IMG/VR virus record: IMGVR_UViG_3300025949_000007
Direction: 5' to 3' (one strand)
From: a virus
DNA: 41,750 bases
The position numbers were made by a program, and so were the translations under genes. Under the pieces are notes generated by a model, which saw only the letters and a list, made by a program, of their open reading frames with translations, did no database searches and was not told the origin of the DNA. Numbering within the stretch: position 1 is the stretch's first letter; every line of letters starts with the position of its first letter. Positions 24,277-32,783 of this stretch are shown here, one piece after another.

Positions 24277-24578
24277 TCCCCTCGCTCGATCGGAACCCGA
24301 CCGGACGACTCGGCCAGTTGGGTGAAGCTCTCCACCACCTTGACCGCCTGCTCCGCCGCGGGCAACATCCGGGTGACGCTGGCCGATGCCCGATCGGAGC
24401 GTTCCCGCTCCAGCTCCGCAGCCCGTCTCCAGTAGTCTCGGTCCTTCTCCATCGACCGGAGTCGGCCGCGGGTCGCCAGTCGATCGGTGGCCATGAAGTA
24501 GATCAGGCCCAGGACCAGGACTATGGCGACGGCCCAGCCGTTACCCACCAGCACGGGCAGTACCTGCGCCCAGTCCAT
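24273..24578 (-). CDS. Membrane-anchored coiled-coil protein (101 aa)
   Basis: N-terminal TM helix WAVAIVLVLGLIYFMA, then an R/E-rich helix. The ATG shares one base with the tape measure stop. Confidence 0.55.
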   Translation of the reverse strand: MDWAQVLPVLVGNGWAVAIVLVLGLIYFMATDRLATRGRLRSMEKDRDYWRRAAELERERSDRASASVTRMLPAAEQAVKVVESFTQLAESSGRVPIERGE

Positions 24579-27364
24579 CAGTTCCTCCCCAGCACGGCCT
24601 GCACGTTGCCGCCCTGCGTTCGGACGGCCTTGCGCAGCAAGTACAGCATGGCCTGACTGGCGGGATCGGCCGCGGCGTCGATGATCAGCCGCACCTCCGC
24701 CACGCTGCCGGCCTGCCCGTTCATGGCGTTACTGAGTTGGCGGGCGGAGTCGGCGGCCGAGGAGACGCGCGTACCCACCGGCGCCTGCACGAGCGACGGC
24801 GCGGCCACCACGGAGGTGCGCCCCATATAGCTGATGGCCTCCGGTCCGCGCTCGCCCATCCAGGTGCCGGAGTTGCCGATGGTGTGCCCGGCCGCGGCGG
24901 AGCCGACCACCTTGCCGGACTCGCCGCGGCCCGCCGATGCCAGACCGCCTACTGCGCCATTGGCATAGACCATGATGCCGATCTGCCGACCATTGTTCAT
25001 CTGGATGAACGAATTGATGGCCCCCTGAGCCTGGCTGGTGTCGGCATGCAGATAGGTGGTGATGTCGTTCGGCATGGCCTGGTAGGTGGTCAACAGGCCG
25101 TCGGCCGCCTGCTTGCTGCCGACAGCCGGCGCGATCGTCGCGGACAGCTGTCCGGCCATCTGACCCAGCTTGGCGTTGATCTGGTCCTGTGGCACGCCGG
25201 CGTCGGCAGCCGCCTGGGCGTAGGCGGCCATCGAGTCACGGCCGTCTTCGATGGCCTGACGCACCGTGCGGCCGGCGTCGCTCATGGAGTTCAAACCGCC
25301 GGTGGCGTCGAAGACTGCGCCCTTCATCTGGGCGGCACCCTGCGTGAAGGTGTCCAGGTTCGCCCCGAACTGATCCATGGCGTCATCGGCCTTCTGGAGC
25401 CCCTGGTCGGACATGAGCGCCAGAGTGTCCTGAAGCGCCTTGACCTTCTGGTCGGCACCGGCCGTGTTGTCCTTGAGTACCAACATGTCCGCGGCCAACT
25501 GGGCGGTATTGGACGTGGCGTTCTGAGCGCTGGAGTCGTACGTCTTGACCGTACCGATGAACTGGTCCGTGGTCATGCCGGACAGGCCGACCGCCGCGGC
25601 GTACTTGTTGTAGGAAGCCAGCGCCGTATTGATCGAAGTGTTGGCGTCGTCGATCGCCTGACTCTGCTGCTGCTGTCCCAGACCACTGGCCGATAGGCCG
25701 GTCGCGCCGGCTTCCAGGATGTCGTTGTAGTCGTTCTGGCTGTGCGACAGCTCATCCAGCTTCTGCCTGCCGTCGATCACCTGCTGTTGCCACGTGGCGA
25801 TCTTGTTGCGCGCGTCGGCCGCCGCGCCGCCTCCGGTCTCCAGTCCCTTGGCGACGTCTTCGCCTGCCGACACGGCATCCCGCTCGTGTTGGGTGAAGGC
25901 CTCCATGAGCAGGCTGACGCCGGTCAGAGCCACGCCGACGAACGGCAACGCCTTGCCGAACTTGTCGACCCATCCGGCCGCCTTCGAGGTGGCAGCGGCG
26001 TACGCCGTTCCCTCGTCACCCGCTTCCCGCAACGACTTCGCGACGCTGCTGACCGGACCGGACATCATGCCGAACAACTTGGCGTTGGTGGCCGCGGAAA
26101 GTAGCCCACCGGCGAGTGCGCCCAGTGGAGCGCCACCCATACCAACCAAATCGAAGAAGCCCTGAATGATCTTCAGGTCGCCACCGATGGCGTTGCCCAG
26201 TGTCGGAAACGCGCCGTTGCCCAGCGACAGCACGGCGCCACTGATCGAGTTGACCGCTCCAGTCAGCTCGCCGCCGTGCTGGGCGAAGTCGGTTGCGAGC
26301 TGGCCGACCAGTCCGCCTACCAACGTGACGACACCCTGTACCACGCCGCCGATGTGCTGGAAGTCGGCGCCAATCGCCGCGGAGTGATCGGCCGCGGTGG
26401 AGGCCAGACTGCCGATGTCGGTACCGACGCTGCCCATCAGCTGTTTGATGCCCAGCCAGACCGGACCCATGGAGTGCGCGGCCGAGTTGACCCCAGGGAT
26501 GGCGTTGAACGCCAGGTCTGACAGGCCGGTGGTCAAGATCTTGATACCAGGTCCGGTCGCCTTCAGGTCGTCTTCGATGTCGGGAGCAAGGTGGCCGAAC
26601 TGCTGGCGCATGTAGTCGATCGAGGCGGAGACGGGTGCCTGAAGATCGTGACCCCAGGTGGCAAAATCCGCCTTCGTAGTGTTGGTCAGGTTGGCGAAGG
26701 TCGACTTGACCTTGTCAGTCTGCGCCGCGGCGAAGATACCCAGCCCGGCCAGACCAAGGGCGAAGCCGCCAGCGATGGCCGCGCCCGCCACCGCGCCGGC
26801 GGGCGCGAGTCCCGCTTCGATGCCCAGGGCGATCAGCGCGCCCTTGCCGGAGGTCTCCTTCTTCGCGGAGTCGACGACGTTCTTGCCGACGTTCTCACCG
26901 GTCTTCTTTCCGGCGTTGGTCGTCTTGCCGTCGAAGCTGTCGGCGAACTCGCGGCCCAGTTCCTCGCCAGCCGGACGTAGGCCAGCGCGAGCGTTCAGGT
27001 AGACGCGTTCGGCGAAGCCCTTGCCAGCACCCTTGGCGCCCTGGTTGAACGCGACGGCGAACTCCTCGCCCAGCCGTAGGCCGGTTTCCTTGACGTCGCC
27101 TTTGATTCCGTCCTGAAGCGATGTGGCGAAGTCCTTACCGACGTCCTTCGCGCCACCCTTCGATGACCGCGTCAGGCCCTTGTTGAACTCCTGTCCGGCC
27201 CGGTCGCCAACCTGGGCCGCCTTCGCCTTGACGGATGTCTCCAGGTTGCGACTGAAGTCATTGCCGGCCTGAAGGCCCATGGAGGCGAAGTCACGGCGGA
27301 CCGCATCGCGCGTCGTCTTCGTGTCGTTCGTGGACGTCACGCGAATACGAACGTCGTTGCCCAC
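24578..27364 (-). CDS. Tail tape measure protein
   Basis: 928 aa with GTG start and GGAGG RBS. It has a G/A-rich, helical low-complexity composition with central hydrophobic stretches. It sits directly after the G/GT chaperone pair. Confidence 0.85.
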   Translation of the reverse strand: MGNDVRIRVTSTNDTKTTRDAVRRDFASMGLQAGNDFSRNLETSVKAKAAQVGDRAGQEFNKGLTRSSKGGAKDVGKDFATSLQDGIKGDVKETGLRLGEEFAVAFNQGAKGAGKGFAERVYLNARAGLRPAGEELGREFADSFDGKTTNAGKKTGENVGKNVVDSAKKETSGKGALIALGIEAGLAPAGAVAGAAIAGGFALGLAGLGIFAAAQTDKVKSTFANLTNTTKADFATWGHDLQAPVSASIDYMRQQFGHLAPDIEDDLKATGPGIKILTTGLSDLAFNAIPGVNSAAHSMGPVWLGIKQLMGSVGTDIGSLASTAADHSAAIGADFQHIGGVVQGVVTLVGGLVGQLATDFAQHGGELTGAVNSISGAVLSLGNGAFPTLGNAIGGDLKIIQGFFDLVGMGGAPLGALAGGLLSAATNAKLFGMMSGPVSSVAKSLREAGDEGTAYAAATSKAAGWVDKFGKALPFVGVALTGVSLLMEAFTQHERDAVSAGEDVAKGLETGGGAAADARNKIATWQQQVIDGRQKLDELSHSQNDYNDILEAGATGLSASGLGQQQQSQAIDDANTSINTALASYNKYAAAVGLSGMTTDQFIGTVKTYDSSAQNATSNTAQLAADMLVLKDNTAGADQKVKALQDTLALMSDQGLQKADDAMDQFGANLDTFTQGAAQMKGAVFDATGGLNSMSDAGRTVRQAIEDGRDSMAAYAQAAADAGVPQDQINAKLGQMAGQLSATIAPAVGSKQAADGLLTTYQAMPNDITTYLHADTSQAQGAINSFIQMNNGRQIGIMVYANGAVGGLASAGRGESGKVVGSAAAGHTIGNSGTWMGERGPEAISYMGRTSVVAAPSLVQAPVGTRVSSAADSARQLSNAMNGQAGSVAEVRLIIDAAADPASQAMLYLLRKAVRTQGGNVQAVLGRN

Positions 27365-27377
27365 CGGGACTCACCTC

Positions 27378-27943
27378 CTACACTTCGCCCGCCTCGATCA
27401 GCGTCAACACGGGACGCATAACGCTGGTCGGGTACGTCTTCAGTTCACCGTACGAGCAGTTGAGCACCTCGCACGCCGTGCGGATCAGCCTGGCGCGTGT
27501 CAGCTCGCCAGGGGTTGCGACTGGTTCATGATCTCCATCGGGATCGAACTCTCGTCGAAGTCGGAAGTCCCGATACCGGTGGAGCGCTGCTCTAAAGGGG
27601 CATTCAGGCCGAACACTCCTCGCAACCACGCCGTCGCCGCCAGCTTGGCGAACTCCCTGTCCAGCGACAGCAATCCCTTAGCGGTGATGGGCACCGGTTC
27701 GCCCTTGCGCGTCAGGTTCCACGACTGGATGTGGTCGGCGAAGATGGCGAACAGTCTCCTGAGTTCCCTGTCGGCTTCATCGTCGTTGTGGATGCGGTTG
27801 GCGAAGGCCTGGGGTGTGAGAACCCAGTCCAGCGTCAGCGCTTCCAGATGCTGTTCCATCGACCCGGCGCGGCACACGATCTCCGCGCCGGGGCGGTCGT
27901 CGAACTCCAGCGTGTACGTGGTGTCTTCCACCTCGTAGCCCAT
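27378..27943 (-). CDS. Tail assembly chaperone GT-type fusion product (-1 frameshift)
   Basis: The -1 frame is open from 27629 to 27378 and overlaps the 3' end of 27500..27943. The slippery C_CCT_TTA lies in the zero frame at 27599-27593. GC3 is high in the -1 frame after the G stop. Confidence 0.6.
27500..27943 (-). CDS. Tail assembly chaperone (G-type)
   Basis: 147 aa and acidic, with GAGAGGGGA RBS. It lies between the tail tube gene and the tape measure. Confidence 0.7.
   Translation of the reverse strand: MGYEVEDTTYTLEFDDRPGAEIVCRAGSMEQHLEALTLDWVLTPQAFANRIHNDDEADRELRRLFAIFADHIQSWNLTRKGEPVPITAKGLLSLDREFAKLAATAWLRGVFGLNAPLEQRSTGIGTSDFDESSIPMEIMNQSQPLAS
27593..27599 (-). other. Slippery heptamer CCCTTTA (X_XXY_YYZ) for the G/GT -1 frameshift
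   Basis: The plus strand reads TAAAGGG. On the minus strand, codons CCT (27598-27596) and TTA (27595-27593) are in the G frame. Confidence 0.55.
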
Positions 27944-27967
27944 TGTTGCGTTCCCCTCTCTGTCCGC

Positions 27968-28369
27968 TTACGACCAAGTAGGAACGGTGCCGTCAGCCAG
28001 CACCAGCGGACAGGCGAAGGTGAACTCGCCCGACGCCGCGCGCTTGAGCGGGTAGTCGGTGAGCAGCGTTTCGCAGCCGAGTGTCTTGGCCTGGATGACG
28101 GAGCTGAACGTCCGCACCTGGTTGGAGCTGGACGCCGTTGACAGGACGGGGTGCGACTTCGCCGGGTTGAACACGCCATTGAGCGTGGCGGAGAAGTCGG
28201 CCAGGAGAAGGATGCGCTCGAAGGCGCTCTTGTCCACGCCGGTAACGTCCTGCACGGCGCGCGGCGTCGCCATGTCCAGGTCGGTGATGTCGTTCTTGAT
28301 GTCGGTCAGCGTGCCCGTGCCATCGTCCAGGGACAAGGTGGTCCACCCGAGACCGGAGACCTTCGCCAT
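27968..28369 (-). CDS. Tail tube-like protein, short paralogue (133 aa)
   Basis: AAGGAAG RBS. It shares MxKxSGLG, TG(V/I)DKSA(F/M)ERI, FNP and RAxSGEFTF with 28894..29658. It occupies the usual major-tail position before the chaperones. Confidence 0.5.
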   Translation of the reverse strand: MAKVSGLGWTTLSLDDGTGTLTDIKNDITDLDMATPRAVQDVTGVDKSAFERILLLADFSATLNGVFNPAKSHPVLSTASSSNQVRTFSSVIQAKTLGCETLLTDYPLKRAASGEFTFACPLVLADGTVPTWS

Positions 28370-28399
28370 GGTCGTTCACTTCCTTTCGGTCTGCCGGCC

Positions 28400-28876
28400 C
28401 TATTCGGCCGCTCGTGCCAGCTTCTCCTGATGGCTGGCGAAGTCGTCGATAAAGCTACTGCCACCGCTGTGCACCAGCACCGGCTTCACGTTGCCCGTGC
28501 TGGGATCCCGATCGCCGATGTAGTGCCGGTGGTCGCCCGCCAGGATGAGGTACTGCGGCTCCTGTTGACGATCCACAATGGTGTGCGGCGAGGTGAAGCA
28601 CCGCTGGCCGGGCGTGAAGGTGTAGATCCACAGCCCGTCCGGCGTCGACTCCTTCGTGAAGTGGCGGCCGGAGTCGCCCGAGTCGAAGTAGTACATGGCC
28701 GCCGCGTGCTTGGCGTCGGTCGGGTTGAGCACCGTACGCCAGCCGTGCCAGAACGCGGGGCACACCTGGTTGCCGTCCACGACTTCGTGGCACGACGCCT
28801 CGCGGGTGGCGTGGTGCACGCCGTAGGTCTTGCGCAGATGGGGCGGCAACTGCGGACCGAGATCGGTAACGGACAT
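28400..28876 (-). CDS. Hypothetical protein (158 aa, His/Cys-containing) inserted between the two tube paralogues
   Basis: GAGGGGA RBS and high GC3. I recognise no structural-protein features. Confidence 0.6.
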   Translation of the reverse strand: MSVTDLGPQLPPHLRKTYGVHHATREASCHEVVDGNQVCPAFWHGWRTVLNPTDAKHAAAMYYFDSGDSGRHFTKESTPDGLWIYTFTPGQRCFTSPHTIVDRQQEPQYLILAGDHRHYIGDRDPSTGNVKPVLVHSGGSSFIDDFASHQEKLARAAE

Positions 28877-28893
28877 GATTTCCCCTCATGTTC

Positions 28894-29658
28894 CTAGAAT
28901 GCGACAGCGGATGCGTTACGCACGAAGACGACGGCGAACACCAGGTTGGTGAAGCCGCCCGACGTGGTGGTGGTGACCTTGACGTACCGGCGCACCGTGG
29001 CAGTGCCCGATGCGGACTGGAGCCGCTGCGTCCCGGGTGTCGTCGAGGTGATGGCGGCGAACGCCGCGCCGGTCAGGTCGGCGAAGGTGGAGTTGTCGGC
29101 GGAATCCTGGATTTTCACCGTAGCGTCGGTGCCCGCGAAGGCGAACACCTGAAGGTAGGCCTGCCAGCCGAACGACGTCGACACCGTGGTCTGGTCGTAG
29201 CTCGTGCCGGCCGTCGCGCCGGAGTCGGTGCGCTTGCCCGCCGTGAGCAGCTTGCCCCACTCGCCGCCGTAGCCGTTGGCCTGAGCCGACACGCCGAAGG
29301 TGAACTCGCCGGAGTTCGCTCGCTTCGGGTCGTAGTTGACCTGCTTGCCGACCAGGCAGTAGGTCTCAGCCCCGATCGTCACCGGCGATGCCACGAAACA
29401 GTTCAGGACGTCGATGGTCGGCAAGGTGGAATAAACCGCGTGCTCCTGAATGCTGCTCACGTTCTCGGGGTTGAACCACGCCGTCACCTCCAATGCGCCG
29501 TCCTTCTCGCCCTGGATGCGCTCCATGGCGCTCTTGTCGATGCCGGTCGTGTCCAGCGTGGCCACTGGACTGCCGATCGTGCCCAGTTCGATGATGTCGC
29601 CGGAGATGTCGTAACCGGCGACGTAGAGGCGCTGGCCCAGTCCGCTCTGTTTACCCAT
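28894..29658 (-). CDS. Major tail (tube) protein, long paralogue (254 aa) with a C-terminal extension
   Basis: Position after the head-tail joining genes. The N-terminal 140 aa are paralogous to 27968..28369. The C-terminal ~110 aa are Ig-like and T/S/A-rich. Confidence 0.55.
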   Translation of the reverse strand: MGKQSGLGQRLYVAGYDISGDIIELGTIGSPVATLDTTGIDKSAMERIQGEKDGALEVTAWFNPENVSSIQEHAVYSTLPTIDVLNCFVASPVTIGAETYCLVGKQVNYDPKRANSGEFTFGVSAQANGYGGEWGKLLTAGKRTDSGATAGTSYDQTTVSTSFGWQAYLQVFAFAGTDATVKIQDSADNSTFADLTGAAFAAITSTTPGTQRLQSASGTATVRRYVKVTTTTSGGFTNLVFAVVFVRNASAVAF

Positions 29659-29854
29659 TGCTCCAGCCCTCGATCGTCAGCACGGCCGCCGCGGCTTCGC
29701 GCCACGCCTCCGCGATGTGGGGGGACCGCTCCGTCTGCTCCTGCCACGTCGGCAAGTCGTCGCCGTTGAACGACTTGCCCCCGACCGAGCGGCAGTAGGC
29801 GTCGTACGCCGTCTGTCCGGCCCGGTCGCGGTTGATCTCCTGGACGCCCATCAC
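29651..29854 (-). CDS. Hypothetical protein (67 aa)
   Basis: ATGA overlap with the upstream stop and high GC3. Confidence 0.55.
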   Translation of the reverse strand: MMGVQEINRDRAGQTAYDAYCRSVGGKSFNGDDLPTWQEQTERSPHIAEAWREAAAAVLTIEGWSNG

Positions 29855-30345
29855 TCCACCTCGTCGTATTCGTCATTCAGCACCAGCGGCAGGTTGATCA
29901 CGCCCACTCGGAACAAAGTGCCGTCGCTGTTCAGGTAGCCGGGCGTCATGGTCAGCGCGCCGGCGCCGTACGCGCCGAAGACGTCGACACAGCGCACCAG
30001 GCCGGTTCCCGTGTGGTCGATCAGCCGGAAGTTGCTGACATAGGCATCGAACAGCAAGCCAGTGGCGCGCAAGAGCTTCCGGTCGATGTCGTTGTTGCTC
30101 TGCCCCTTGGGCGCGATGGCCAGCAACTGGATGCGGACGTTGAAATTGATCACGTAGGCGGCCGAGGCCAGCCCGGACGCGTTGGCCGCCGGGCGCACCG
30201 GCCCCGCGTAGCTGAAACAGTGCACGCCGCGACCGGGCGCGTTCAGCGGCTCGTGGCCGTCCACGATGTCGAAGGCGCCCAGCTTCTTCGGGATGCCGCG
30301 CACCATCGGCAGCACCTTGTCCATAGCCATCATCGCGTCAGGCAC
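29851..30345 (-). CDS. Possible tail terminator / head-tail joining protein (start uncertain: GTG 30345 or ATG 30333)
   Basis: About 160 aa, positioned between the gp10-like gene and the major tail gene. Confidence 0.45.
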   Translation of the reverse strand: MPDAMMAMDKVLPMVRGIPKKLGAFDIVDGHEPLNAPGRGVHCFSYAGPVRPAANASGLASAAYVINFNVRIQLLAIAPKGQSNNDIDRKLLRATGLLFDAYVSNFRLIDHTGTGLVRCVDVFGAYGAGALTMTPGYLNSDGTLFRVGVINLPLVLNDEYDEVE

Positions 30346-30727
30346 CGTCGTTCACCTTCTCCACGAAGCGGCCGACGGAGCGTTGCGCCAGATCGTTGGC
30401 GCGCGCCTGCACCTGGGCGGTGGCACGACGGGCCGACCAGTAACCAGGGAAGCGGGTACGCGGAGAGTTGCGGCTGCCGTCACCTTCCAGCCAATGCCCG
30501 TAGATGACGCCCAGGTCGGTCACGAACGCCTCACTGGCCGAGATGCGCATGGTGATGTGCGACTCGTAGAAGCCGGTGGGGTGGCGCAGGGAGGTGTCGA
30601 GGTTCCGGTGCCACTCGGCCATGGCCTGCTGGGCGACGTCGTGCTCTATGCCGCGATCCATCTCGTCGGCGTAGGCGTCCAGCCGTCCGTCGAAGTACGG
30701 GCCGGAGAACTCCACTGTGGCCGCCAT
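30338..30727 (-). CDS. HK97 gp10-like head-tail joining / tail completion protein
   Basis: 129 aa. LGVIYGHWLEGDGSRNSPRTRFPGYW matches the gp10-family signature (GxxYGxWLExGxxRN ... RFxGY). Confidence 0.65.
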   Translation of the reverse strand: MAATVEFSGPYFDGRLDAYADEMDRGIEHDVAQQAMAEWHRNLDTSLRHPTGFYESHITMRISASEAFVTDLGVIYGHWLEGDGSRNSPRTRFPGYWSARRATAQVQARANDLAQRSVGRFVEKVNDGA

Positions 30728-31776
30728 CAGATGGCCCTGGCCCGACCGTAGCGCCCGTGGGCGCTCATCGCCTGGTCCCGGATGTCGGTCGGGCCGGTCT
30801 CGGCCACCGCGACGCCTCGGGCGCCCGAGGCGGCCGGTCGCGTCCGGGCGTAGCTGGACGCCTGAAGCTGAAGTTCGATGAGCGCTTCGGCGATGGCGTA
30901 CTGACGGATGAGCGCCGGGTAGACGTGCAGCGCCATCGCCGCGCCGTCGCTGTGACTGGTCGCGCTGGTGCCCAGTTCGCCGCGAGAGACTGTGGCCAGC
31001 CGGGGCGCGTAGATGACACTACCGGCGTGCGTGGAGAGCAGAGAGCCCTCCACGGCCCGCTTCAGCACCAGCGTGTTGCCCAGGATGTCGTCGATCCAAC
31101 ACCGTTCAGCGTCCAGGACGATCGTCTCGCCAACGGCGAACCGCGTCCCATCCGGAACGGGCATGAGGCGGTCGGACTCCTCGTCAGCCAGACTGCCGGC
31201 CATCACCTGGCCGGTGGTCACGCTGGACTTGTCGGTGACGATCATGCGTTCGTTGTCGATGTGCAGCAGCGAGCCGACGCCCACCGTGACGGAGTTGGGC
31301 AGCGTGAACTGTGTGGCGCCGGAGCTCAGCGTCCCGGCCAGCGTCCCGGCCGCCTTCTCGTTCAGGTCGTATCCCCATACGCCGGTAGCGCCGACGGAGC
31401 GCTGGAAGGTCATGCCCTGCACGAACGAGCCGACCGTGTCCCGGTTCACCTCGATGGTGTCGTACGGCGGCCCGGACAGGCTGGGTTCAAGGTAAACCTG
31501 GGTTATGTCGATGGACTGACCGCCGGTCATCAGCGCCGTCAGGCTGATGACCTGGGAATCGGAGTCGACGTACACCCGGAAGACCGTGGTGTCGAACGTC
31601 GGCCAGTCGAAGTACCGGGTGCCGGTCCAGGGCGCGAAGTCGCGCTTGAGCGCGCCATTGATCTTCAGGGTGGCCGCGGCAAGGGCACGATCGATTTCCG
31701 CGTTGTCGCGCGTCGTGCCAGCCGCGTCAACGGCGTGTCGCACGTCTTCGCGGGTGGCGTAGAAGATGTCACCCAT
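30727..31776 (-). CDS. Putative head-tail connector/adaptor with a large C-terminal extension (349 aa)
   Basis: The N-terminus FYATREDVRHAVDAAGTTRDNAEIDRAL resembles gp6-like connector proteins. ATG 31776 is preferred over GTG 31806 (AAGGGAC upstream). Confidence 0.45.
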   Translation of the reverse strand: MGDIFYATREDVRHAVDAAGTTRDNAEIDRALAAATLKINGALKRDFAPWTGTRYFDWPTFDTTVFRVYVDSDSQVISLTALMTGGQSIDITQVYLEPSLSGPPYDTIEVNRDTVGSFVQGMTFQRSVGATGVWGYDLNEKAAGTLAGTLSSGATQFTLPNSVTVGVGSLLHIDNERMIVTDKSSVTTGQVMAGSLADEESDRLMPVPDGTRFAVGETIVLDAERCWIDDILGNTLVLKRAVEGSLLSTHAGSVIYAPRLATVSRGELGTSATSHSDGAAMALHVYPALIRQYAIAEALIELQLQASSYARTRPAASGARGVAVAETGPTDIRDQAMSAHGRYGRARAI

Positions 31777-31875
31777 GATCGTCCCTTGCTTTCCCAGGAC
31801 AGGCACCGTATGTGGTTGTGGGGACCGGGCCGACCGGAGGGGAACAACGGCCGGCCCGGCAGCATTCAGGCTACG

Positions 31876-32241
31876 TCACGACTCGTCGTCATCGTGAGCG
31901 GCCGGATCCGAATCGTCATCCGGGGATGTCTCGTCGGACCCCGTCGTAGACGTACTCGTCGAACCGACACCGAAGGTGTCCGTCTGCGTCTGCGGTGAGG
32001 GGCTCTCCGTCGTTGGGGCAGTCGGGGGGAGGGGTTCGCCGCTCGTAGTCGAGTTCGTCACGGGCTTGTCGGTAGATTCCGATGAGCTGTTGCCAGCTGA
32101 TGACTGCTCACCACCTTCCACGTAGTCCCCCTCGACCACCGGCGGTTCGTCGCCGCCGTGCTGGACGTCGAGGGGTTCGAAGGTGCGACAGACGCCGTCC
32201 GCGTCGGCGATCGACGCACCGGCCACAGTGGCCTTCGGCAT
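31876..32241 (-). CDS. Highly acidic, S/T/P/D/E-rich, probably disordered protein (121 aa)
   Basis: Strong AAGGAG RBS. The composition was read from the translation. Confidence 0.6.
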   Translation of the reverse strand: MPKATVAGASIADADGVCRTFEPLDVQHGGDEPPVVEGDYVEGGEQSSAGNSSSESTDKPVTNSTTSGEPLPPTAPTTESPSPQTQTDTFGVGSTSTSTTGSDETSPDDDSDPAAHDDDES

Positions 32242-32259
32242 GGTCTGCTCCTTTCGGTT

Positions 32260-32300
32260 GAGAGACGTCCGGAGCTGGCGGATGACCCCGGACGTCTCTC
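32260..32300 (-). terminator. Hairpin (13-bp perfect stem GAGAGACGTCCGG / CCGGACGTCTCTC, 15-nt loop)
   Basis: Located in the 64-nt gap after 32306..32767 and immediately before the RBS of 31876..32241. Confidence 0.5.
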
Positions 32301-32305
32301 AAGTG

Positions 32306-32767
32306 TCACACCGCGGCAACCGCCGCGCCCAAGTCGTACGCGATGTAGGTCAGCGTCCACTTGATTTGGCCGGTGGAGCTGGCCGCCGTGTTCAGGCCGA
32401 TGTTGCCGACCGCGACCAGGATCGGGTTGCGCAGCATCGACACGGCGCCGCCGGTGGACAGCACCAGCGCGTCACCGGCCAGGCCCGTGGCGGCCAGCAG
32501 GGAGCCGACGGCGGCACCGTTGATGTCGACCGTGCCGGACATGTCGTTCACGGAGCCCGTAGTCGGCGTGGCGCGGAGCTTGACCGCGTTGGCCTGGGCC
32601 TGGATGACCGTGGTGACCTGGCCGACGATCGAGGTGACCAGTACCCGTCCGCCGGACACGGCGAACAAGCTGCCGGTGGCGGTCTGCGGCAGGTTCGCCG
32701 CGGCGCGCTGGACGGTCCGGCCCAGACCGATCAGCAGGAGATCCGTGTCCTTGACGTAGTTGCTCAT
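32306..32767 (-). CDS. Hypothetical head-module protein (153 aa)
   Basis: ATG start and high GC3, with a G/A/V/T-rich beta-like composition. Confidence 0.6.
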   Translation of the reverse strand: MSNYVKDTDLLLIGLGRTVQRAAANLPQTATGSLFAVSGGRVLVTSIVGQVTTVIQAQANAVKLRATPTTGSVNDMSGTVDINGAAVGSLLAATGLAGDALVLSTGGAVSMLRNPILVAVGNIGLNTAASSTGQIKWTLTYIAYDLGAAVAAV

Positions 32768-32783
32768 GGTGTCGGCGCTCCGC

